A stretch of DNA of 64,000 nucleotides, from NCBI GenBank assembly GCA_030535355.1, contig JAUNIO010000004.1, positions 13,513-77,512 on the forward strand, written 5' to 3'. Made by a program: the position numbers and the translations under genes. This DNA comes from a bacterium (GTDB lineage: Bacteria > Vulcanimicrobiota > Xenobia > Xenobiales > Xenobiaceae). The notes below the pieces were generated by a model that searched no databases, was not told the origin of the DNA, and saw only the letters and a program-made list of their open reading frames with translations. This document shows, in pieces, positions 38,622 to 47,941 of the stretch; the first letter of the stretch is position 1; each line of letters starts with the position of its first letter.

Positions 38622-40499
38622 TTGAACTCGCTGGACGATTATCTTTTAGGTGTAGTAAACGATCACAACCGCCGCTTAGATGTGCTGTTTCATATCTTGG
38701 CCAGTCTGTACGGCCCTGATAAATTAGTTCTGAAGGCCCGCAAAGCCGGGGTAGTGCGCCAGGTTAAATCTGGGCGCATCGGGGATCGTTTGCTCGCCTT
38801 GGAACGGCTGATTTTTGACGAAGCCACGCTGCAGAGCGCTCCCGCTAAAGAGGACTTTGAAAAAGTATTCGCCCGCTGTGAAGAAGAGCTGGCCAATATC
38901 GTAGCCCGGCGCACCGTAGAGATGGAGCTCGACCAAAAGGTTGCGGTTAAAATGCGCGACCGCCAAAACGAGTTTACCGAGGAAATGCGCCGCGAGATAC
39001 TCAAGGAGAGCCGGGGCCCGGAAACTTCCAGCACCATGAAAAAACTGGCTGAGCTGGAAGCTTTGGAAACTAAAGGCCTGCGCGCCTCAGCTTTGGGATT
39101 GGTGCGCCCTTCTCAGCTGTCTGAAGTTGTCGGCCAGGATCGGGCCATAAGTTCGCTGATGGCTAAAATAGGCACGCGCTATCCCCAGCACGTGATCCTG
39201 TACGGCCCTCCGGGAGTGGGCAAGACTACAGTGGCCCGCTTGGTCTTGGAGCATATCAAAAGTCTGGGCGGAGACGCCTTTGCCGAAGACGCCCCTTTTA
39301 TCGAAGTAGATGCGACCACCCTGCGCTGGGATCCGCGCGAGGTGACCAATCCCCTGCTGGGATCGGTACACGATCCCATCTATCAGGGCGCTCACCGAGA
39401 ATACGCCGACGATGCCGTGCCCGAGCCCAAGATCGGTATGGTGACGAAAGCCCACGGCGGTGTGCTGTTTCTCGATGAGATCGGCGAGCTGGACACCATG
39501 CTGCTCAATAAGCTGCTCAAAGTTTTGGAAGACAAGCGGATCTTTTTCGAATCCTCTTATTACGACGAAGACGATCCCCGCGTGCCCAGATACGTGAAAA
39601 AACTGTTCAGCGAAGGCGCTCCGGCAGATTTTATTTTAATCGGCGCGACTACGCGGCAGCCCGAAGATATACCGCTGGCCATCAGATCGCGCTGCTCTGA
39701 GGTCTATTTTGAACCGCTCAGCGCCGGGCAGATCGCTGATATCGTCAGCCAGGCAGCGGAGCGATTAAGCGTCGGGCTGGAAAAAGATGTGGCTCAGACC
39801 ATCAGCGATTACACCATAGAAGCCCGCAAAGCCGTGCAGCTGCTGCTGGACTGTTACGGTTTAGCTATGCAGGCCCGGCCCCAAGAGGAAATCGTGCGCA
39901 TTACTTTAGAAGATTTTCGCCAATGCGCCCGCCTCAACCGCCTTAGCAAAGCGGTGCGGGTCAAAGCGGGGAAGGAAGCGGAAATCGGCCGGGTCTTTGG
40001 CCTGGGAGTTTCTGGATTTTTGGGGTCCTGCCTGGAAATTGAAGCGACCGTCTATGAGGCGGCGGAAAAGGGCAAAGGCCATTGGCGCTTTAACGAAGCG
40101 GCAGGCGAGATGGCCCGGGATTCGGTGTTTAATGCCGGCAGCGTTATCCGCGGCCTGCTGGGGCGCGATCTTAACGACTGCGATGTGCACGTCAACGTCG
40201 TGGGCGGCGGTAAAATCGACGGCCCGTCAGCTGGTTTGGCTATCACTTTGGCGCTGTACAGCGCTTTGGAAAAACGGCCTTTGCGCTCCGACACGGCGAT
40301 CACCGGGGAAATTTCTATTCGCGGGCGGATCAAGCCCGTGGGCGGCATACCCGAAAAACTCTACGGGGCTTTGCGAGCTGATATGAAGCGGGTGCTGATA
40401 CCCTGCGAGAATGCCGTAGATGTGCCTGTGGAGCTGCGCGACAAACTAGAAATAGTAGAAGTTGCCAGTATAGCTGAAGCTTTAGATTATGTATTATAA
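38622..40499 (+). CDS. Lon-like ATP-dependent protease (LonB/LonC-type: AAA+ module plus S16 protease domain, no Lon N-domain)
   Basis: Walker A GPPGVGKTT. C-terminal Lon protease domain with GPSAGLAITLALYSAL (catalytic Ser) and a downstream Lys. Confidence 0.7.
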   Translation: MNSLDDYLLGVVNDHNRRLDVLFHILASLYGPDKLVLKARKAGVVRQVKSGRIGDRLLALERLIFDEATLQSAPAKEDFEKVFARCEEELANIVARRTVEMELDQKVAVKMRDRQNEFTEEMRREILKESRGPETSSTMKKLAELEALETKGLRASALGLVRPSQLSEVVGQDRAISSLMAKIGTRYPQHVILYGPPGVGKTTVARLVLEHIKSLGGDAFAEDAPFIEVDATTLRWDPREVTNPLLGSVHDPIYQGAHREYADDAVPEPKIGMVTKAHGGVLFLDEIGELDTMLLNKLLKVLEDKRIFFESSYYDEDDPRVPRYVKKLFSEGAPADFILIGATTRQPEDIPLAIRSRCSEVYFEPLSAGQIADIVSQAAERLSVGLEKDVAQTISDYTIEARKAVQLLLDCYGLAMQARPQEEIVRITLEDFRQCARLNRLSKAVRVKAGKEAEIGRVFGLGVSGFLGSCLEIEATVYEAAEKGKGHWRFNEAAGEMARDSVFNAGSVIRGLLGRDLNDCDVHVNVVGGGKIDGPSAGLAITLALYSALEKRPLRSDTAITGEISIRGRIKPVGGIPEKLYGALRADMKRVLIPCENAVDVPVELRDKLEIVEVASIAEALDYVL

Positions 40500-40585
40500 T
40501 ATTTGACACTACTGTATAAATTATGTTATATTTATGCAGTAGTGTTCTTGTCTCTGCCTATTCACTTAAAAGTTGAGAAGCAATC

Positions 40586-42034
40586 ATGTCCGATCCCGCT
40601 AGTTCTGTTATAACGCCTCCTTTCAGTCTGCTGGCTGAACAGGCTTGTTTAGGCAGCTGTCTTATCGATCCGCAGGCTTTTGACCGGATAAGTGAGATTA
40701 TTTCCGGCCCTGACGATTTTTACCGCGAAGCTCACAAAGAGATTTTCGGGGCCATGCTGAGTTTGGCCACGAATAACGAGAACATCGACTTCGTTACCCT
40801 TACTCAGTATCTGCGCGATCATAAGAAACTGGAACTCTGCGGGGGAGGCAGCTACATAGACGAGCTGACCAATATGGTGGGGTCGTCAGCGCATGTCAGC
40901 GAATATGCGCGCATTGTAGCGGACAAGGCCACGGAGCGCCGTTTGCAGGAGGCGGGCAACGCTATCGTGCGCCTGGCTTTTGACAGCGAGGAAGAATCGG
41001 CTTATAAAGTCGATAAAGCCGAAGAGCTGATTTTTGCTGTGGGCGATCTGCGCCAAAAGGTGGATTTGGTGCCGCTGCGCGACAGTCTCAAATCTACCTT
41101 TGATTTGATGTACGAGCGTTTCTTAAACAAACAGACCATCACCGGCATCCCTACGGGATTCACGGAGATCGACAATCTTACCAGCGGTTTTCAGCCCTCG
41201 AACTTAATCGTTATCGGAGCCCGTCCCAGTATGGGCAAAACGGCTTTTGCGCTCTCTCTGGCTCTCAACGTTGCCTTAAATCCCGACTGCGGGGCAGTGG
41301 CCATCTTTTCCTTAGAGATGTCCCGCGAGGAGATCTGCCAGCGTTTGCTGTGCGCTATTGCTCAGGTCAACAATATGGATTTGCGTCAGGGCAAAATGGG
41401 AGACGGCGACTGGCAGCGGGTCGCCCGGGCGGTCAATAACCTCAACTCAGCGCCTATTTATATAGACGAGCAGTCCAGCACTACGGTTTTAGAGATTAAA
41501 TCCAAACTGCGCCGCATGAAGAAAAAAGAGGAAAGCGATGGGGGCTTATCTGGCAAAAAAGGTCTGTCGATGGTCATCATTGACTATTTGCAGCTCATTC
41601 GCGGCAGTTCTGCCAATGCCAACAGCGTAGCTAACCGCGTGCAGGAGATTTCGGAAATTACCCGTCAGCTCAAAGGCCTGGCCAAAGAGCTGAAAGTCCC
41701 TGTCGTGGCTCTTTCGCAGCTTTCGCGCAACCTGGAAAACCGCCAGGACAAGCGGCCCATTATGGCGGATTTGCGCGAATCCGGCGCTATCGAGCAGGAC
41801 GCCGACTTAATTGCCTTTCTGTACCGCGACAAGTACTACAATCCGCAGTCGGAGATGGGCGATGTCACAGAGATCATCATCGCCAAACAGCGCAACGGCC
41901 CTGTAGATACCGTTAAACTGGCTTTTATGCAGCGCTATGGCAGTTTCCACAATTTAGTCAGCGAACGCCCCGAAAACAGCTATCCCGGAGGCGGACAGTA
42001 CTACGAGTCCGGCTTAGCTCCGGGAATGATTTAA
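40586..42034 (+). CDS. dnaB: Replicative DNA helicase
   Basis: RecA-like core GARPSMGKTAFAL, IIDYLQL and SQLSR motifs. Full-length DnaB. Confidence 0.9.
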   Translation: MSDPASSVITPPFSLLAEQACLGSCLIDPQAFDRISEIISGPDDFYREAHKEIFGAMLSLATNNENIDFVTLTQYLRDHKKLELCGGGSYIDELTNMVGSSAHVSEYARIVADKATERRLQEAGNAIVRLAFDSEEESAYKVDKAEELIFAVGDLRQKVDLVPLRDSLKSTFDLMYERFLNKQTITGIPTGFTEIDNLTSGFQPSNLIVIGARPSMGKTAFALSLALNVALNPDCGAVAIFSLEMSREEICQRLLCAIAQVNNMDLRQGKMGDGDWQRVARAVNNLNSAPIYIDEQSSTTVLEIKSKLRRMKKKEESDGGLSGKKGLSMVIIDYLQLIRGSSANANSVANRVQEISEITRQLKGLAKELKVPVVALSQLSRNLENRQDKRPIMADLRESGAIEQDADLIAFLYRDKYYNPQSEMGDVTEIIIAKQRNGPVDTVKLAFMQRYGSFHNLVSERPENSYPGGGQYYESGLAPGMI

Positions 42035-42080
42035 GATTGTGGGGCGCTGCTCGCGGCACCGGGCTAAAGGCAGCCGCCCG

Positions 42081-42851
42081 TTAATTCTTGGTATAGCGCT
42101 GCAGAGCGGCTAAAGCGCTGCCGCTTTCGTGAACTTGGCGCATGGCCTCCAGGGGGCCGGTTTGAAACCGGTTGGCAATCAGCGAAGCCCCTACCAGCTC
42201 GCGCACGCTCAGATCGCCTAAATCGCGAAATTCCGGCTCTTCGCGCCAGCTCATGTATTGAATAATGCTCATGCAGTTGCGCGTATTTTCTTTGGGAATG
42301 GGGCCAACCTGCAGGTTTTGGAAGAGATACTTGGTGTTGAGCTGCAAAGAGCCGATAACGTTCTTCCAAGAATTGCCTTGGCGCAGGGCGATGATGCGAT
42401 CGAGATCGGAATTAGAGGCGTTGGCCATAAAAAGAGCTACTAAAGCGTCGTCGCTGAGGCCGAAATGGGCCATAGCTTTATCTACATCTTTGGTCTTAAT
42501 ACCGTAATAGCTCGACAGCACTTTGGCGACAGTGGGTTTTTCGGGATAAAGCGGGCTGACTGCGCTGATGGGTTCCGCTTCGGCTGCTTTCGCAGGCTTA
42601 AGTTTAACTTTGGGCGGGGCGGGATGCAGCAGCTTAACGCCGCTTTGGCGCACAGCGCTGACAGGATTGTTAGGCTCTAGCAGCTCAGGCGCTTTGAGGG
42701 TGGGAGAAGCCACCTTGATCTCCTGACTGGGCTTTACCCAAGTGATCTTTTGTATGCGCACTTCATTGTCTTCTGCCCATGCAGGTACCGCCAAAGCGAA
42801 TAATACGCTTGCAGAAGCGCAGATTAAGGAGCAGTTTTTAAATAAAGCCAT
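42081..42851 (-). CDS. Secreted hypothetical protein
   Basis: Probable start MALFKNCSLICASASVLFALAVPAWA (signal peptide). No recognisable domain. Confidence 0.35.
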   Translation of the reverse strand: MALFKNCSLICASASVLFALAVPAWAEDNEVRIQKITWVKPSQEIKVASPTLKAPELLEPNNPVSAVRQSGVKLLHPAPPKVKLKPAKAAEAEPISAVSPLYPEKPTVAKVLSSYYGIKTKDVDKAMAHFGLSDDALVALFMANASNSDLDRIIALRQGNSWKNVIGSLQLNTKYLFQNLQVGPIPKENTRNCMSIIQYMSWREEPEFRDLGDLSVRELVGASLIANRFQTGPLEAMRQVHESGSALAALQRYTKN

Positions 42852-42937
42852 ACAAATATCCTCACTATTTATGTTTATTAATTTAAGCCGACAAGAGATT
42901 CTTGAACAGCAGCCGCTGTCCTTTGCCAAAAGCGGCC

Positions 42938-44329
42938 TTAAGGATTTTCGCCGCCAATAGCTTCCAAAAGCAATTGGGTCACCCGCTGCAGCAAAGCCTG
43001 GCCGGCGCGGGTCTCCGCGTTGAGGCGCACTAAGGGCTCGGTGTTGGAGGCCCGCACATTGAAGCGGAACTGCTCATATTCCCAGGATAATCCGTCCAGG
43101 GTGTCTTCTTTTAAGGGCGGTCCGTACACAGCGCTGACGCTCTGGCGCAGGCGCTCGAGAATCTGTGGCAAAGGCTCAGCAGTGCGGCGGTTGATCTCGC
43201 CGCTGATGGGATGTTTTTCGATCATATCGTCGACTAGGGCGGAAAGCGGCTGGTTCAGGCGGCCCATGAGTTCCATGACGAACAGCCAGGGCAGAATACC
43301 GCTGTCGCAGAAGAAGAAATCGCGGAAATAATGGTGGGCCGACATCTCTCCGCCATAGACGGCTTGGTGATCGCGCATAGCCTGTTTTATGAAGGCGTGC
43401 CCCGTGGCCGACATAACCGCTTGGCCCTGCGCCGCTTCAGCGATCTCCAAGGTGTTCCAAGTCAGGCGGGGATCGTAGATCACCGTAGCTCCCGGGGTGC
43501 TCTCTAAGAAGCGTTTGGCCAGCAAGCCCACCACGTAGTAGCCTTCGACAAATCTGCCGCGTTCGTCGAAAAAGAAGCAGCGGTCAAAATCTCCGTCCCA
43601 GGCCACGCCGAGATCGGCGTGGTGCTCTCTCACCGCCCGGGCTGTATCGGCCCGGCATTCCGGCAGCAGGGGATTGGGCACACCGTTGGGAAAATGCCCG
43701 TCTGCCTCACCGTTTATAACGATCATTTCCAGGGGCAGCCTTGCCCGCAGCTGTTCCAAAACCACACCTGCGCCGCCATTTCCGGCATTGCAGACCACTT
43801 TTAAGCGCGGCAGCAGCGGCAATTCGATTAAGCTGAGTACATAATCTATAAAACTGCCGTGTATATCTAATTTTTTCAGAGCACCGCGCTGTTTTCGCTG
43901 AACCGACGAATCGGCAGCGAGCGCCAGATCCCGAATCTTAGTGTTCTGCTGTTTAGTGAGCGGACGGGCACCGGCCTGTACCATTTTTAAACCGTTGTAA
44001 TCGGCAGGATTGTGGCTGGCCGTGACCATCAGACCGCCATCCAGCCCCTGATGGCCTACAGCGTAATAAATCTCTTCGGTACCGCATAAGCCCAAATCCG
44101 TTACGTTTACGCCCTGATCGCGCAGAGCTTCGGCCAAGGCACTGGCCAGCTGGGGCGAAGATAAACGAATATCGTGCCCAATGGCCACATTTTTAGGCTG
44201 TACGGTTTGCGTATAAGCGGTGCCGACGCTGTAAAACAGTTCGGCATTGACTTCCTGGGGAACGCGTCCCCGAATATCGTAGGCTTTGAAAGCGCTGAAG
44301 GCTGGATGGTTGCTGAGATGGTTAGGCAT
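42938..44329 (-). CDS. Phosphomannomutase/phosphoglucomutase (alpha-D-phosphohexomutase)
   Basis: Active-site TASHNPADYNG, metal-binding DGDFDR, and the sugar-binding GEMSAHH motif. Confidence 0.8.
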   Translation of the reverse strand: MPNHLSNHPAFSAFKAYDIRGRVPQEVNAELFYSVGTAYTQTVQPKNVAIGHDIRLSSPQLASALAEALRDQGVNVTDLGLCGTEEIYYAVGHQGLDGGLMVTASHNPADYNGLKMVQAGARPLTKQQNTKIRDLALAADSSVQRKQRGALKKLDIHGSFIDYVLSLIELPLLPRLKVVCNAGNGGAGVVLEQLRARLPLEMIVINGEADGHFPNGVPNPLLPECRADTARAVREHHADLGVAWDGDFDRCFFFDERGRFVEGYYVVGLLAKRFLESTPGATVIYDPRLTWNTLEIAEAAQGQAVMSATGHAFIKQAMRDHQAVYGGEMSAHHYFRDFFFCDSGILPWLFVMELMGRLNQPLSALVDDMIEKHPISGEINRRTAEPLPQILERLRQSVSAVYGPPLKEDTLDGLSWEYEQFRFNVRASNTEPLVRLNAETRAGQALLQRVTQLLLEAIGGENP

Positions 44330-44377
44330 TGGTCTTTCCTGATTGGTAACGTGTATGATTGGTAACGTGCAGATAAT

Positions 44378-45475
44378 TTATTGCTCATCTGCGGGCAAAT
44401 TAGCGACTAATTTTTTGACGTCTTCTAAATGCCGGCGCGAGACCACTAAGGTATGCTGCCCAGACTGAACGACGACTAAATCTTCGACTCCCACCAGAGC
44501 TATTTTGCGCTGGGGATCATCGCTGTAAACGATATTATGGCGGGAATCCCAGCTCAGACAGGTTCCGCGGCAGCGGTTGCCCTGTCCGTCGTCATTGAGG
44601 AACGGTTCTAAAGCCTGCCAGCTGCCCACATCGTACCAAGAGAATTGGGCTTCTACCGTGCGCACATCTTTAGCTTTTTCCATGACTGCATAGTCGATGG
44701 AAATCCGGGGCAGCTGAGCGAACGCCTGGGCTAAGGCGCTGGGCCAGCGCTCAGTGCCGTAGGCGGACATAATCGGTTCCAAAATAGCGAGGTGCTGGGG
44801 CAGATGGCGCCGCAGCTCGGCTAAAATAGCTTTGGTCTGCCAGATGAACATACCGCTGTTCCAATAATACTCCCCGCTGGCCAGATATTGTTCAGCTGTT
44901 TGCAAATCGGGTTTTTCCCGAAAGCCCTGAAGGCGGTAGTGGGGAATATCGTCAAAACCGGACAGGCGTTCGCCGCGGTGCAGATAGCCATAAGATACTG
45001 ACGGGAAGTCAGGAGCTATTCCCATGGTGTATAAAGCGGTATCTGCCTGCTGCGCTCCCGCAACAGCTGAGCGCAGCGTGGCCTGAAATAGCTCGGTGGG
45101 ATGAATGCAGGGATCGCTGGTTAAGGTTACCAGAGTACAGTCGCCGTAAATGCGCTGAGCTAAAAGCGCTCCTAAGGCCACAGCTCCGGCGGTATCGCGG
45201 CGGCAGGGTTCGCCGATAATGCGGAGGGGATCGATCTCGGGAAGCTGTTCCTTGACCAAATCGAGGAAATCTACACTGGTCAGAACCATGATGCGTTCGG
45301 GCGGAATGAAACCCTGCAAGCGGTCAAAACATTCCTGAATAAGCGTGCGTTCACTGCAGAGGCTGAGGAACTGTTTGGGGCGCTGGCGCTTGCTGACCGG
45401 CCAGAAGCGGGTGCCGGCGCCGCCGGCCATGATGAGAGCTACGGGCTGGGGAAGTGGGGGGCTGGTGTGGGGCAT
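44378..45475 (-). CDS. Mannose-1-phosphate guanylyltransferase (GDP-mannose pyrophosphorylase)
   Basis: LIMAGGAGTRFWPVS nucleotidyltransferase motif. About 365 aa with no C-terminal isomerase domain. Confidence 0.75.
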   Translation of the reverse strand: MPHTSPPLPQPVALIMAGGAGTRFWPVSKRQRPKQFLSLCSERTLIQECFDRLQGFIPPERIMVLTSVDFLDLVKEQLPEIDPLRIIGEPCRRDTAGAVALGALLAQRIYGDCTLVTLTSDPCIHPTELFQATLRSAVAGAQQADTALYTMGIAPDFPSVSYGYLHRGERLSGFDDIPHYRLQGFREKPDLQTAEQYLASGEYYWNSGMFIWQTKAILAELRRHLPQHLAILEPIMSAYGTERWPSALAQAFAQLPRISIDYAVMEKAKDVRTVEAQFSWYDVGSWQALEPFLNDDGQGNRCRGTCLSWDSRHNIVYSDDPQRKIALVGVEDLVVVQSGQHTLVVSRRHLEDVKKLVANLPADEQ

Positions 45476-45887
45476 GGCATCTCCTAAAGATATTGCAAAT
45501 AATTTTTATTCGCGACAGATGAATATAATCTTTTTTGTTGTTCTGCTTCTGCCCGCTGTTCGCTTCGTAACTATGCGGCGCTAAGATGATGCGCTTGCCA
45601 GAACTGCCGCAGCGCCGGACACAAACATATTCTCAGGACTTGAATATTTTTCAATCGTTGCCTATTAGGAATCAGTCTGCTATACTGAATCTAGTGCTGC
45701 CAGATATATGGTAGGCGGTTAAAGCCCTCAGCTGATGGTATTTCTTCCAGCGCTGGCAGCGCTTTCACCAGCTTTACAGATTAGAACCCGGGGGGCATTT
45801 TCGTTTTTTCCCGAATCTCAGTTGAAATGTATCTGCACCTCATAGGAACCTCATGGGAGACTGATCAGGAGACATAATCTGCGCCTT

Positions 45888-47264
45888 ATGATTAACGCTG
45901 AGAAATTGGATAAGTATTTCCATCTTACCGAACGCGGGACCAATGTGCGCACCGAGACGGTGGCTGGTTTCACCACGTTTATCACCATGGCCTACATCCT
46001 AGCTGTCAACCCCGCCATTCTCTCGGCCTGCGGTATGGACCCCCAGGCAGTGCTCATGGCTACCGCCTTATCGGCGTTTATAGGTACGCTGTGCATGGCT
46101 CTGCTGGCCAACTATCCATTTGCTTTAGCCCCCGGATTAGGCCTTAACGCTTTTTTTGCCTTCACTATCTGCGGACAGATGGGCCATTCCTGGCAGTTCG
46201 CTCTGCTGGCGGTTTTGGTCGAAGGTTTGATTTTCATTGTGCTGTCGCTGACCCGCGTGAGAGAAGCTATCTTCAATGCTTTTCCAGCTCCTCTGCGCAA
46301 AGGCATTACCGTGGGCATTGGCCTGTTCGTGGCCTTTATCGGCCTGCAGGGCTCGCATTTGGTCGTAGATTCTTCTAGTACCCTGGTACAGCTCATCGAT
46401 TTTAATGATAATTTCGGCGATCAGCACCTGGCTTCTATACTGGCGCTGATCGGATTGCTCATCATTGCAGTTTTGTATATTAAAGGCTGGAAAGGTTCTA
46501 TCCTCATCGGTACTTTTGTGACCTGGCTGCTGGGTGTACTCTGCCAGCTGGGCGGCCTATACGAGATCGATCCCGCCAAAGGTTTCTATTCTCTGCTGCC
46601 CGTATGGTCTGACTTCAGCTTAACTTCCATCAGCAAAACCTTTGGCCAGTGCTTCAATATAGCGGCCATCGGCCCGTTTAACTGGCTCAATTTCGGTGTG
46701 ATCATGTTCTCCTTTTTGATGGTCGATATGTTCGATACTATCGGCACGCTGGTCGGTGTGGCGGGGAGGGCTAATATGCTGGACAGCGAAGGCAAGCTGC
46801 CCCGGGTCAACCAAGCCCTTTTAGCCGATGCCGTAGCTACCACCACAGGCGCTGTTTTGGGAACCTCTACGGTGTCCACCTTTGTGGAAAGCTCAGCGGG
46901 AGTTTTGGAAGGAGGGCGCACCGGTCTGGCTTCCATCGTCACCGCTTTGCTGTTCTTGCTCTCGCTCTTCCTGGCCCCGATTTTTACAGTGATTCCCAGT
47001 TTTGCTACCGCTCCGGCTTTGGTTTTTGTGGGCTTTATGATGATGTCAGCTATCGTAGAGATCGACTTCAAGGAGATGACCAGCGCTATCCCCGCTTATT
47101 TATGCCTGCTGTGTATGCCGCTGATGTATAGCATCTCGGAGGGTATCTGCATCGGCACTATCTCGTATGTGGCGATTGGCGTCTGCTGCGGCAAGCACAA
47201 AGAAATATCTAAGATATTATATTTATTAGCGGTGCTGTTTGTGCTGAAATACGCGTTCCTATAA
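45888..47264 (+). CDS. NCS2 family purine permease (AzgA/PbuG-like guanine/hypoxanthine permease)
   Basis: N-terminal LDKYFHLTERGTNVRTE..AGFTTFITMAYI matches AzgA/PbuG. 12-14 TM helices. Confidence 0.7.
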   Translation: MINAEKLDKYFHLTERGTNVRTETVAGFTTFITMAYILAVNPAILSACGMDPQAVLMATALSAFIGTLCMALLANYPFALAPGLGLNAFFAFTICGQMGHSWQFALLAVLVEGLIFIVLSLTRVREAIFNAFPAPLRKGITVGIGLFVAFIGLQGSHLVVDSSSTLVQLIDFNDNFGDQHLASILALIGLLIIAVLYIKGWKGSILIGTFVTWLLGVLCQLGGLYEIDPAKGFYSLLPVWSDFSLTSISKTFGQCFNIAAIGPFNWLNFGVIMFSFLMVDMFDTIGTLVGVAGRANMLDSEGKLPRVNQALLADAVATTTGAVLGTSTVSTFVESSAGVLEGGRTGLASIVTALLFLLSLFLAPIFTVIPSFATAPALVFVGFMMMSAIVEIDFKEMTSAIPAYLCLLCMPLMYSISEGICIGTISYVAIGVCCGKHKEISKILYLLAVLFVLKYAFL

Positions 47265-47290
47265 GTTTGGCGTTGTTTAGCTCAATGAGA

Positions 47291-47941
47291 TTAGCTTCTA
47301 AGTTCTCCGTATAAACTGTGCTTATGGATATACTCGGCTACGGCGTCCGGCAGCAAATAGCGCAGGCTGCGCCGTTCCCGCACCAGGCTGCGGATTAGCG
47401 TAGAGGACACGGTCAGGCCCTCAGTCTGCACCCAATGATATTTGGCAAACAGCCGCTCATCACCGCCGGCATGGCGGCGCACCGCAGCCGCCATCCCTTC
47501 AGCGTCGTCGCCGGGGCGATAAACCACGTAAAGCGCTTCCAGCATTTCCAAGATAGCATCGAAACGGTACCATTTCTGCGACTGCACATCACTTCCGCAA
47601 ATTAGCGAAAACTGCACTTCGGGATGCCTTTGCTTCAGAGCGCTCAGGGTGTCGAAGGTGTAATTGCACTGATGCTCACGGTCATCTACCTCGATGGAAC
47701 TGAGCGTAAAGCGCGGATTGTCAGCGATGGCCAGGCGCACCATCTCCAAACGCTGCTGGGCGCTGACCTGCGGCTTGTCCCGGTGAGGAGGTGTGCCGCT
47801 GGGCACAAACATGATTTCATCCAGCCCGGCTATATCGCCGACTTCTTCGGCTATGCGCAGATGGGCATAGTGAATGGGATTGAAGGTCCCTCCGAAAAAG
47901 CCCACGCGCCTGGGGGCGGAAGCAGCAGGGGAAGCGCTCAT
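47291..47941 (-). CDS. nadD: Nicotinate-nucleotide adenylyltransferase
   Basis: GGTFNPIHYAHL (H/T-x-G-H) motif and the SST/ISSTxIR-like C-terminus. Confidence 0.85.
   Translation of the reverse strand: MSASPAASAPRRVGFFGGTFNPIHYAHLRIAEEVGDIAGLDEIMFVPSGTPPHRDKPQVSAQQRLEMVRLAIADNPRFTLSSIEVDDREHQCNYTFDTLSALKQRHPEVQFSLICGSDVQSQKWYRFDAILEMLEALYVVYRPGDDAEGMAAAVRRHAGGDERLFAKYHWVQTEGLTVSSTLIRSLVRERRSLRYLLPDAVAEYIHKHSLYGELRS

Noticed and set aside
40500-40585. 9-bp perfect stem (ACACTACTG...CAGTAGTGT) between the lon-like gene and dnaB
   Set aside because: No downstream U-tract. It could be a weak terminator or mRNA-stability hairpin, but the evidence is insufficient for a call.
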